A stretch of 64,000 nt of DNA, taken from assembly GCF_963921235.1 (NCBI RefSeq), contig NC_086097.1, positions 248,684,001 through 248,748,000 of the forward strand. The letters are read 5' to 3'. The position numbers were made by a program, and so were the translations under genes. The DNA comes from Mobula hypostoma. Its lineage: Eukaryota. The notes under the pieces were generated by a model. That model saw only the letters and a program-made list of their open reading frames with translations, did not search any database and was not told the origin of the DNA. Numbering within the stretch: position 1 is the first letter of the stretch; each line of letters opens with the position of its first letter. This document shows, in pieces, positions 13,255 through 24,601 of the stretch.

Positions 13255-13903
13255 TCTCCTGTCCAACTGGTAAAGGAGACTTCCCAAATAGTTTCTAACT
13301 AGCATCAGTTCCATGCAATTGCGTGGCCGTTAGACACTACACCGCGTTTAAAGAGAACAGCTTTTAAACCAGTTGCACATGTTTGTGTCCAAAAAGCAGT
13401 GATTTTTGCCACTGATAGTTGACAAGAAATAAGCAGCAATCAGGCTTGGGGATGCCAGAAATGACCAGGAGTGAAAATGAAGTGGTTTCACTACTTCACC
13501 AGGTTAGGAACTACAAAGAATGTGTAGGTATCAACAATTTGAAGGCATCTACAATGAAAATGGAGATTTGGAAGATACAGTCATCGAAAGCATTATATGA
13601 AGGCAGTTTGTTATCTGCACCAGGTGTCTGCACTGATTTTGTTCATTTGCAGTCAATCAAAGAACATGGCAGCGTATTCTGGACTAACTCCTCCGTCGAT
13701 AACTATTAGTAACTAATACACAGTTTTATAGTACTGTACTAGTATTGGTAGTTTTCTAATTTGTTCTGTATTTAATTTAAATACATCATTTGTTACTCAG
13801 TTTTTTAACTATTTCCATGAAACTTTGGCTAATTGGTGCAGCCACTTAATTGGGCCAAAATGTTCTGGTCCCGATGTGTCCCAGTTAACTGGAATCAACA
13901 GTA
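13255..13903 (+). mobile_element. Decayed Tigger/pogo-like DNA transposon remnant
   Basis: End TTAATTGGGCCAAAA..GTGTCCCAGTTAACTGGAATCAACAG-TA resembles pogo-type termini; weak coding remnant. Confidence 0.4.
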
Positions 13904-14154
13904 CTGTGTTAAACAGTTGAAGTCAGAGGTTTACATACACCTTAGCCAAATACATTTAAACTCAGTTTTTCACAATTCCTGACATTTAATCCTAGAAAAC
14001 GTTCCCTGTCTTAGGTCAGTTAGGACAGTGGTCCCCAACCACCGGGTCACGGACCGGTACCGGGCCACAAACCATGTGCTACCGGGCCGTGAGGAAACGA
14101 TACGGTCAGCTGCACCTTTCCTCATTCCCTGTCACGCACTGTTGAACTTGAACA

Positions 14155-15612
14155 TAGGGTTGCCAACTGTCCCGTATTAGCCGGCACATCCCGTATATTG
14201 GGCTAAATTAGTTTGTCCCATACGGGACCGCCCTTGTCCTGTATTTCCCCCGTTGAGGTAGAGCGTTCCTATGAAACCTTTCATGCCGAAATGTCGTAAA
14301 GCACAGAAGCAATTACCATTAGTTTATATGGGAAACATTTTTGACCGTCCCCAGACCCAAAAAATAACCTACCAAATCAAACCAAATAACACATAAAACC
14401 TAAAATATCACTAACATATAGTAAAAGCAGGAATGATATGATAAATGCACAGCCTATATAAAGTAGAAATTGGATCAGCAAGTTTGCTAATGATACAAAG
14501 ATTGGAGGTGTAGTAGACAGTGAGGAAGGTTTTCAGAGCCTGCAGAGGGACTTGGACCAGCTGGAAAAATGGGCTAAAAAATGGCAGATGGAGTTTAATA
14601 CTGACAAGTGTGAGGTATTGCACGTTGGAAGGACAAACCAAGGTAGAACATACAGGATTAATGGTAACGCACTGAGGAGTGCAGTGGAACAGAGGGATCT
14701 GGGAATACAGATACAAAATTCCCTAAAAGTGGCGTCACAGGTAGATAGGGTCATAAAGAGAGCTTTTGGTACATTGGCCTTTATTAATCGAAGTATTGAG
14801 TATAAGAGCTGGAATGTTATGGTGAGGTTGTATAAGGCATTGGTGAGGCCAAATCTGGAGTATTGTGTTCAGTTTTGGTCACCAAATTACAGGAAGGATA
14901 TAAATAAGGTTGAAAGAGTGCAGAGAAGGTTTACAAGGATGTTGCCGGGACTTGAGAAACTCAGTTACAGAGAAAGGTTGAATAGGTTGGGACTTTATTC
15001 CCTGGAGCGTAGAAGAATGAGGGGAGATTTGATAGAGGTATATAAAATTGATGGGTATAGATAGAGTGAATGCAAGCAGGCTTTTTCCACTGAGGCAAGG
15101 GGAGAAAAAAACCAGAGGACATGGGTTAAGGGTGAGGGGGGAGAAGTTTAAAGGGAACATTAGGGGGGGCTTCTTCACACAGACAGTGGTGGGAGTATGG
15201 AATGAGCTGCCAGACGAGGTGGTAAATGCTTTTTTAATATTTAAGAATAAATTGGACAGATACATGGATGGGAGGTGTATGGAGGGATATGGTCCGTGTG
15301 CAGGTCAGTGGGACTAGGCAGAAAATGGTTCAGCACAGCCAAGAAGGGCCAAAGGGCCTGTTTCTGTGCTGTAGTTTCTATGGTTTCTATGGTTTCTAGA
15401 AATAATGTATGTACAGTATAGTCGGGAAGATTAAGCCAAAACAGATTTGTGGGGAAAAAAAATCAGCACATAGGCGCATGTCACACGTGCGCACACAGGT
15501 TCCCGAGCAAGGCTTAATGGTCATGGTAGTCTTTCTCGGGGTAAACACAAGTGTCCCGTATTTGACTGCTACTTTTGTCCGTTATTTGGGAGTGAGAAAG
15601 TTGGCAACCCTA
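14155..15612. mobile_element. Second TIR element (hAT-like) inside the first
   Basis: Perfect 14-bp TIR TAGGGTTGCCAACT / AGTTGGCAACCCTA; no clear TSD. Confidence 0.7.
14471..15396 (+). mobile_element. 5'-truncated CR1 LINE
   Basis: KWQMEFNTDKCEVLH..RPNLEYCVQFWSP; (CTATGGTTT)n tail; TSD TAGAAAT at 14464-14470 and 15397-15403. Confidence 0.92.
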
Positions 15613-15874
15613 TCTGTAAAAGACATGTTGAGGTGAGTTTAACCCTACTTGAACACGACCCCCCACCCCCACCCCCCTGCCCCCGGTCAGCCGGTCCACA
15701 AGAATATTATCAATATTAAACCGGTTCGCAGTGCAAAAAAGTTTGGGGACCCCTGGGTCAGGATCACTATTTTAAGAATGTGAAATGTCAGAATAATAGT
15801 AGAGAGAATGATTTATTTCAGCTTTTATTTCTTTCATCACTTTCCCAGTGAGTCAGAAGTTTACATAAACTTTG

Positions 15875-16568
15875 TTAGTATTTGGTAGCATTGCCTTTAA
15901 ATTGTTTAACTTGGGTCAGACATTTTAGATATTTTAGCTTCCACAAGCTTCTCACAGTAGATTGCTGGAATTTTGTTCCTTTCCTCCAGACAGAACTGGT
16001 GTGTAACTGAGTCAGGTTTGTAGGCCTCCTTGCTCGCACACGCTTTTTCAGTTCTGCCCACAAATTTTCTATCCAATTGAGGTCAGGGCTTTGTGATGGC
16101 CACTCCAATACCTTGACTTTGTTGTCCTTAAGCAATTTTGCCACAACTTTGGAGGTATGCTTGGGGTCGTTGTCCATTTGGAAGACCCATTTGTGACTGA
16201 GCTTTAACTTCCTGGCTGATGACTTGAGATGTTGCTTTAATATATCCACATAATTTTCCTTCCTCATGATGCCATCTATTTTGTGAAGTGCACCAGTCCC
16301 TCCTGCAGAAAACCACAACATGATGCTGCCACCCCCATGCTTCACGGTTGGGATGGTGTTCTTCGGCTTGCAAGCCTCACCCTTTTTCCTCCAAACATAA
16401 CAAGGGTCATTATGGCCAAACAGTTCAATTTCTGTTTCGTCAGACCAGAGGACATTTCTCCAAAAAGTAAGATCTTTGTCCCCATGTGCACTTGCAAACT
16501 GTAGTCTGGCTTTTTTATGGCGGTTTTGGAGCAGTGGCTTCTTCCTTGCTAAGCAGCCTTTCAGGTTA
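15875..16568 (-). pseudogene. Tc1 (SB-like) transposase, DD34E catalytic half
   Basis: KKPLLQNRHKKARL..WRNVLWSDETEIELFG..FQMDNDPKHTSKVV..WPSQSPDLNWIENLW..KQFKGNATKY; small indels. Confidence 0.93.
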
Positions 16569-19500
16569 GAAACATAGAAACATAGAAAATAGGTGCAGGA
16601 GTAGGCCATTCGGCCCTTCGAGCCTGCATTGCCATTCAGTATGATCATGGCTGATCATCCAACTCAGAACCCGGCACCAGCCTTCCCTCCATACCCCCTG
16701 ATCCCTTTAGCCACAAGGGCCATATCTAACTCCCTCTTAAATATAGCCAATGAACTGGCCTCAACTGTTTCCTGTGGCAGAGAATTCCACAGATTCACCA
16801 CTCTCTGTGTGAAGAAATTTTTCCTCATCTCGGTCCTAAAAGGCTTCCCCTTTATCCTCAAACTGTGACCCCTCGTTCTGGACTTCCCCAACATCGGGAA
16901 GAATCTTCCTACATCTAGCCTGTCCAATCCCTTTAGAATTTTATACGTTTCAATAAGATCCTCCCCCCCCATCTTCTAAATTCCAGAGAGTATAACCCTA
17001 GTCGATCCAGTATTTCATCATATGAAAGTCCTGCCATCCCAGGAATCAATCTAGTGAACCTTCTTTGTACTCCCTCTACGGCAAGAATGTCTTTCCTCAG
17101 ATTAGGGGAACAAAACTGCACACAATACTCCAGGTGTGGTCTCACCAAGGCCTTGTACAACTGCAGTAGTACGTCCCTGCTCCTGTACTTGAATCCTCTT
17201 GCTATGAATGCCAGCGTACCATTCGCCTTTTTCACCGCCTGCTGTACCTGCATACCCACTTTCAATGACTGGTGTACAATGACACCTAGGTCTCGTTGCA
17301 CCTCCCCTTTTCCTGATTGGCCACCATTCAGATAATAATCTGTTTTCCTGTTCTTGCCACTAAAGTGGATAACCTCACATTTATCCACATTAAATTGCAT
17401 CTGCCATGAATTTGCCCACTCACCCAACCTATCCAAGTCACCCTGCATCCTCTTAGCATCCTCCTCACAGCTAACACTGCCGCCCAGCTTTGTGTCATCC
17501 GCAAACTTGGAGATGCTGCATTTAATTCCCTCGTCTAAGTCATTAATATATATTGTAAACAACTGGGGTCCCAGCACTGAGTCTTGCGGTATCCCACTAG
17601 TCACTGCCTGCCATTCTGAAAAGGTCCCGTTTATTCCCACTCTTTGTTTCCTGTCTGCCAACCAATTCTCTATCCACATCAATACCTTACCCCCAATTCC
17701 GTGTGCTTTAAGTTTGCACACTAATCTCCTGTGTGGGACCTTGTCAAAAGCCTTTTGAAAATCCAAATATACCACATCCACTGGTTCTCCCCTATCCACT
17801 TTACTAGTTACATCCTCAAAAAATTATATGAGATTCGTCAGACATGATTTTCCTTTCACAAATCCATGCTGACTTTGTCCGATGATTTCACCGCTTTCCA
17901 AATGTGCTGTTATCACATCTTTGATAACTGACTCTAGCATTTTCCCCACCACCGATGTTAGGCTAACCGGTCTATAATTCCCCAGTTTCTCTCTCCCTCC
18001 TTTTTTGAAAAGCGGGGTTACATTAGCCACCCTCCAATCCTCAGAAACTAATCCAGATTCTAAAGAGTTTTGAAAAATTACCACTAATGCATCCACTATT
18101 TCTTGGGCTACTTCCTTAAGCACTCTGGGATTTATCTGGCCCTGGGGATTTATCTGCCTTTAATCCCTTCAATTTACCTAACACCTCTTCCATACTAACA
18201 TGTATTTCCCTCACTTCCTCCATCTCACTAGACCCTCGGTCCCCTACTATTTCTGGAAGATTATTTATATCCTCCTTAGTGAATACAGAACCAAAATAGT
18301 TATTCAATTGGTCTGCCATGTCCTTGTTCCCCATGATCAATTCACCTGTTTCTGACTGTAAGGGACCTACATTTGTTTTAACCAATCTTTTTCTTTTCAC
18401 ATATCTATAAAAGCTTTTACAGTCAGTTTTTATGTTCCCTGCCAGCTTTCTCTCATAATCTTTTTTCCCTTTCCTAATTAAGCCCTTTGTCCTCCTCTGC
18501 TGGACTCTGAATTTCTCGCAGTCCTCAGGTGAGCCGCTTTTTCTGGCTAATTTGTATGTTTCTACTTTGGAATTGATACTATCCCTAATATCCCTTGTCA
18601 GCCACGGGTGCACTACCTTCCCTGGTTTATTCTTTTGCCAAACTATGATGAACAAATGTTGTAGTTCATCCATGCGATCTTTAAATGTTTGCCATTGCAT
18701 ATCCACCGTCAACCCTTTAAGTATCATTTGCCAGTCTATCTTAGCTAATTCACGTCTCATACCTTCAAAGTTACCCTTCATTAAGTTCAGAACCTTTGTT
18801 TCTGAATTAACTATGTCACTCTCCATCTTAATGAAGAATTCCACCATATTATGGTCACTCTTACCCAAGGGGCCTCGCATGACAAGATTGCTAACTAACC
18901 CTTCCTCATTGCTCAATACCCAGTCTAGAATGGCCTGCTCTCCAGTTGGTTCCTCGACATATTGGTTCAGAAAACTATCCTGCATACATTCCAAGAAATC
19001 CTCTTCCTCAGCACCCTTACCAATTTGGTTCACCCAATCTACATGTAGATTGAAGTCACCCATTATAACTGCTGTTCCTTTATTGCACGCATTTCTAATT
19101 CCCTGTTTAATGCCATCCCCAACCTCACTGCTACTGTTAGGTGGCCTGTACACAACTCCCACCAGTGTTTTCTGCCCCTTAGTGTTATGCAGCTCTACCC
19201 ATATCGATTCCACATCCTCCCAGCTAATGTCCTTCCTTTCTATTGCATTAATCTCCTCTCTAACCAGCAATGCCACCCCACCTCCTTTTCTTTCATGTCT
19301 ATCCCTCCTGAATATTGAATATCCCTGAATGTTGAGCTCCCATCCTTGGTCACCCTGGAGCCATGTCTCTGTGATCCCAACTATATCATATACATTAATA
19401 ACTATCTGCTCATTCAATTCATCCACCTTGTTACGAATGCTCCTTGCATTGACACACAAAGCCTTCAGGCTTGCTTTTACAACACTCTTAGCCCTTATAC

Positions 19501-19938
19501 AATTATGTTGAAAAGTGGCCCTTTTTGATTTTTGCCCTGGATTTGCTGGCCTGCCACTTTTACTTTTCACCTGACTACTTTTTGCTTCCACTCTCATTTT
19601 ACACCCCTCTGTCTCTCTGCACTTGTTCCCATCCCCCTGCCACATTAGTTTAACTCCTCCTGAGCAACAGTAGCAAATGCTCCCCCAGGACGTTGGTTCC
19701 AGTCCAGCCCAGGTGCAGACCGTTCTGTTTCTACCGGTCCCACCTCCTCCAGAACTGGTTCCAATGCCCCAGAAATTTGAATCCCTCCCCCTTGCACCAT
19801 TTTTCAAGCCACGTATTCATCTGAAATATCCTCCTATTTCTACTCTGACTAGCACGAGGCACTGGTAGTAATCCAGAGATTATTACCTTTGTGGTCCTAC
19901 CTTTTAGTTTACCTCCTAACTCCCCAAATTTACCTTGT
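16569..19938 (-). mobile_element. Young 3.4-kb CR1 LINE: end of ORF1 and nearly complete ORF2 (APE and RT) with a few lesions
   Basis: ORFs 18116-19807, 17824-18123, 16933-17799 ([34 protein letters not shown]); (CTATGTTT)n tail; TSD AGGTTA at 16563-16568 and 19939-19944. Confidence 0.95.
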
Positions 19939-20217
19939 AGGTTATGTCGATATAGGACTCGTTTTACTGTGGATATAGATACTTGTCTACCTGTTTCCTC
20001 CAGCATCTTCACAAGGTCCTTTGCTGTTGTTCTGGGATTGATTTGCACTTTTCGCGCCAAAGTACGTTCATCTCTAGGAGACAGAGTGCGTCTCCTTCCT
20101 GAGCGGTATGACGGCTGCGTGGTCCCATGGTGTTTATACTTGCGTATTATTGTTTATACAGATGAACGTGGTACCTTCAGGCGTTTGGAAATTGCTCCCA
20201 AGGATGAACCAGACTTG
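19939..20217 (-). pseudogene. Tc1 (SB-like) transposase, paired-like DNA-binding half; first ~19 codons missing
   Basis: KSGSSLGAISKRLKVPRSSV*TIIRKYKHHGTTQPSYRSGRRR..INPRTTAKDLVKMLEETG..STVKRVLYRHNL; joins the catalytic half once the CR1 is removed. Confidence 0.92.
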
Positions 20218-20969
20218 ACATCATTTTCTGACCTCAATCCAAGAGAAGATTTGTGGGCAGAACTGAAAAAGCGTGTGCGAGCAAGGAGGCCTACAAACCT
20301 GACTCAGTTACACCAGTTCTGTCTGGAGGAATGGAACAAAATGCCAGCAATCTACTGTGAGAAGCTTGTGGAAGCTAAAATATCTAAAATGTTTGACCCA
20401 AGTTAAACAATTTAAAGGCAATGCTACCAAATACTAACGAAGTGTATGTAAACTTCTGACCCACTGGGAAAGTGATGAAAGAAATAAAAGCTGAAATAAA
20501 TCATTCTCTCTACTATTATTCTGACATTTCACATTCTTAAAGTAGTGATCCTAACTGACCTAAGACAGGGAATGTTTTCTAGAATTAAATGTCAGGAATT
20601 GTGAAAAACTGAGTTTAAATGTATTTGGCTAAGGTGTATGTAAACTTCTGACTTCAACGGTAAATATAAAATCACACTATAGCCAGCTGTAGAGGATGAA
20701 GCACCATTTACTTGCAGCTTGCCTGCACATTCTTCTTCCCACTGAATGATTTGGAGGCCAAGTTGTCCTAATGGAATATCATTTGCGTTACTATGAGATG
20801 TCGTCAGGGATTGGATGCATATGAGTGTTGGCTGGCATTTACTTGCAGGGAATGCATTCGCCCCCTTCTGAAGGTGTTAAATCAAACAGATGATGGGATG
20901 CCCACTTAGCCCAGCCTTCATTGCATTGGTCAGGCCCTGATCATTTACGTTTGTAATTGAATAAACGTA

Positions 20970-22470
20970 GGAGAGTCCAGCACAGGAACAGGCCCTTCAA
21001 CCGGTAACGTATTGGACCAAATTGAACCAACCCACCTAAAAAGCAAATCAAATACACCCAAACACTAATCCCTCCTACCTACACCATGTCTATGTCCCTC
21101 CATCTTCCTCACATCCATGTGCCTATCCAAACATCTCTTAAAAGTCTCTGATGTATTTACCTCTACCACCAGATCAGGCAGCACATTCCAGCCATCCACA
21201 CTCTGAGTGAAAACCTTACCCCTCGCATCCCCTTTGAACCTACCCCCTCTCACCTTTAATGCATGCCCTCTGGTATTAGACATTTCAACCCCAGGGAAAC
21301 AGATACTCTCTGTCTGCTCTATCTGTGCCTCTCATAATCTTGTAAACCTCTATCAGATCTCTTCTCAGCCTTCACCGCTCCACAGAAAACAACCCAAGTT
21401 TATCCAGCCTCTCGTGATAGCACGTGCCCTCTAAACCAGGCAGTTTCCTGGTAAACCTCTTCTGCATCCTCTCTGAAGCCTCCCGATTCTGGGACGACCA
21501 GAACCAGGTGCAATATTTGAGATGTGGCCTAACCGGTTTTATAAAGTTGCAACAAATCCTCCTGATTTTTGAACTCAGTGCCTAGACTAATGAAAGCAAG
21601 GCATTCCGTAAGCCTTCTTAGCCACCCTGTCGACCTGTGTAGCCACCTTCACTTGGATCTCAGATCTCTCTGCTCAACAACACTAGCCCTTAATGCACTG
21701 TCCCCCTGCATTTGTCCTACCGAGGTGCGACACCTCACATTTATCTGGGTTAATCTCCATCTGCCACTTCTCAGCCTACATCTGCAACTGATCTATATCG
21801 TGCTGTATTCTTTGGCAGCCTTCTACACTATCCACAACTCCACCAATCTTGGTAACATCTGCAAATTTACTAACCCACCCATCTACATTTTCATCCAGGT
21901 CATTTATAGACATCACAGTCAGCAGAGGTCCCAGCACAGATCCCTGTGGAACATCACTAATTACAAACCTCCAGCCTGAACAAGTCCCTTCAACCACTAC
22001 CCTCTGTCTTCTCTGTGCAAGCCAGTTCTGTAGGGAGGTGTATAAGATAATGAGAGGCATTGATCGTGTGGATAGTCAGAGGCTTTTTCCCAGGGCTGCA
22101 ATGGCTAACACGAGAGGGCATAGTTTTAAGGTGCTTGCAAGTATGTACAGAGGAGATGTCAGGGGTGAGTTTTTTACTCAGAGTGGTGAGTGTGTGGAAT
22201 AGGCTGCCGGCGACAGTGGTGGAGGCGGATACAATAGGGTCTTTTAAGAGACTCCTGGACAGGTACATGGAGCTTACGAAAAAAAGGGCTATGGGTAACC
22301 CTAGGTAATTTCTAAGGTAAGGACATGTTTGACACAGCTTTGAGGGCCAAAGGGACTGTATTGTTCTGTAGGTTTTCTATGTTTCTATGAATCCAAGCAG
22401 CCAATTCACTGCAGACACCATGCATCTTAATCTGCTGTGTTAGCCTCCAATGCGGGACTTTGTCAAGAAT
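20970..22470 (-). mobile_element. Decayed CR1 3' part with a younger + strand CR1 3' end nested at ~22031-22388
   Basis: [22 protein letters not shown] on minus; EVYKIMRGIDRV..RVVSVWNRLP on plus. Confidence 0.8.
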
Positions 22471-22479
22471 AGAATCAAA

Positions 22480-22980
22480 TAGGATGGAAATTTATTGTCA
22501 TTGCTGAAGACAATGAGATTGCGGTGCTACTCCAGTCCATGTAAAACAGATACTTACAATGCAGGCGGTGCAGCTTAATTTAAAAAAATCCCATGTTTAC
22601 ATGCAACAAGTGACTTTGATAGTCCATAACACTCAAAGGCATTGGCAAGCCAGGGTGTAGCATTACTCAGCTGCAATAAGCCCTTGGGAAGAAGCTGTTT
22701 TTCACTTTTATTGTCTTGGCTCAGTGTTTCTGTATCTCTTACCAGATGGCAGGAGATTGAACAGTGTCTGGGATGGGATGGGATGGGATGGGACTTTCAT
22801 GTTACCAGTGCGCCATAGGCATCGAGAATTGCAGATTGTCTCCAGGTCCTGTAGTTGATTCCCAATGATGTGCTGAACCATCCCAATCACTCGTTGGAGA
22901 GCTTTGTGATCTGTCTTGCTGCAGTCATTCTGTATGTCAATATGCTCTCTATCGCACATCGATAAAAGTTGGCTGGCAAT
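22480..22980 (-). mobile_element. Rex1/Babar-like LINE 3' fragment
   Basis: KALQRVI..HPIP..FNLLPSGKRYR motif. Confidence 0.6.
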
Positions 22981-24179
22981 TGACCAAGTTCTATGTTCTA
23001 TATTCTATGTTCTATGTTAGACCAAAAGACCATAAGACATAGGAGCAGAATCAGGCCATTTGGCCCATTGAGTCTGCTCCACCACTCAATCATGGCTGAT
23101 CCTTTTTTTTCTCCTCCTCAGCCCCAGTTCCCGGCCTTCTCCCCGTAACCTTTGATGCCATGATCTATATTCTATAGTGTATATTCTACATTCTATGTGG
23201 AGCTTGGCATGCAAGGTTGGCATTCTGAGCTCTTCATGGTGGAAGTAAGTTACCTATTGGGACATTACAGCTAGAAATTACTGCCCCTTTTTTTCTTCCA
23301 GAATCCTTTCCCTTAAGTATGGAAATCCTACCATCCACCTCACAATCTCTTTGACCCACTACTGTCAGGGAGAACCTACAGGAGCATTAGGACTGGGTAA
23401 CAGCTTTTTCCCTCAGGTTGAGAGAATAATGAATACCCTGCCACCACCGAGGCCTCGTCACGAGGACAATGAGGTGTTTACTCTAATGTTTACTGCTTAC
23501 TGTTTATCTGTAACCTGCAACATTGACTGATCGTTTCCACGGATGCTGCCCGACCTGCTGAGTTCCTCCAGCGTGTTGGGAGTGTTACTGTTTATCTGTG
23601 CTGTGCAGCACATGCACTTTGAATTGTATTTTATTAACTTATTCATGGTGATATTTTGTTTAATATGTTATGTGGGATATTTAAGACATAGGAGAAGAAT
23701 TAGGCCATTCAGCCCATTGAGGCTGCTCCAACATTTCATTGTGGATGATACATTTCTCTCTCAACTCCATTTTCCTGCCTTCTCCCAATATGTTTTGTAG
23801 GTTCGCTGTGGTCCAGAGGAAGATTGTTTCGTTTGGTTGTACATTATGTACAGTCAAATGACAATAAACTTGAACTTGGATTTTGCCATTTTTATCTGAT
23901 GTTATTCCTGGTCCAATGATGGTCTCTACAAACTCCAGCAACAGAACAATACAACACAGAGGGAAGAACATGGAACATAGAACAGCGAATATAGAACATA
24001 GAATATTACAGCACAGGCCCTTCGGACCACAATGTCGTGCCAAACTTTTAACCTACTCCATAATCAATTAAACCTTCCCTCCTACACGGCCCGTAACTCT
24101 CCATTTTTCTTACATCAATGGGAAAGGAAACACTTGCCTAGACACTGATGTTATTTGCAAATTGCGTGCTTGACCAAAG

Positions 24180-24599
24180 ATAGACCATAGGAGATAGGAG
24201 CAGAATTAGGCCCTTTTGTCCATCCAGCCTTCTCCACCATTCCATCATGGCTGACTTATTATCCCTCTCAACCCTGTTTTCCTGCCTTCTCCCCAAAATC
24301 TTTGATGCCCTGACCAAGCAAGAATCTCTCACCCTCCGCTTTAAAAACACCCAATGACTTGGATTCCACAGATTCACTCCCGTCCGGCTAATGAAATTCT
24401 GCCTCATCTCTGTTCTAAAGGGTCATTCCCCTTTTCTGCGGCTGTGCCCTCTGGTCTCGGAATCGCCCACCATTGGAAACATTTTCTTCAAACCCACTCT
24501 ATCTAGGCCTTTCAAATTTCAATAGTTTTAAATGAAATCCCCCCTTATTCTTCTAAATCCCAACAATTACAGGCCCAGAACCATCAAACGCTCTTTTCA
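24180..24599 (-). mobile_element. Old CR1 3' fragment; ~200 bp of it recurs at 25953-26150 and 27504-27701
   Basis: CR1 3' UTR and C-terminal motifs; direct repeats visible in sequence. Confidence 0.8.
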
Positions 24600-24601
24600 A
24601 A

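Larger units (their letters stand above)
14026..15755. mobile_element. Non-autonomous hAT (Charlie-like) element inserted in the Tc1 terminal repeat
   Basis: TIRs CAGTGGTCCCCAACC / TTTGGGGACCCCTG; imperfect 8-bp TSD AGTTAGGA / GGTCAGGA. Confidence 0.8.
13914..20660 (-). mobile_element. Sleeping Beauty/salmonid-type Tc1 (IR/DR) transposon with nested hAT and CR1 insertions
   Basis: Termini CAGTTGAAGTCAGAGGTTTACATACACCTTAGCC and the reverse complement ending at 20660 followed by TA; inner DR AGTCAGAAGTTTACATA; transposase in two pieces. Confidence 0.93.

Noticed and set aside
15875..16648. Intact 257-aa transposase
   Set aside because: Its N-terminus comes from the CR1 3' tail; the true gene is split and carries a stop and indels.
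17054..19328. Long plus-strand ORFs (also 27854-28954 and 29431-30135)
   Set aside because: Antisense shadows of CR1 ORF2.
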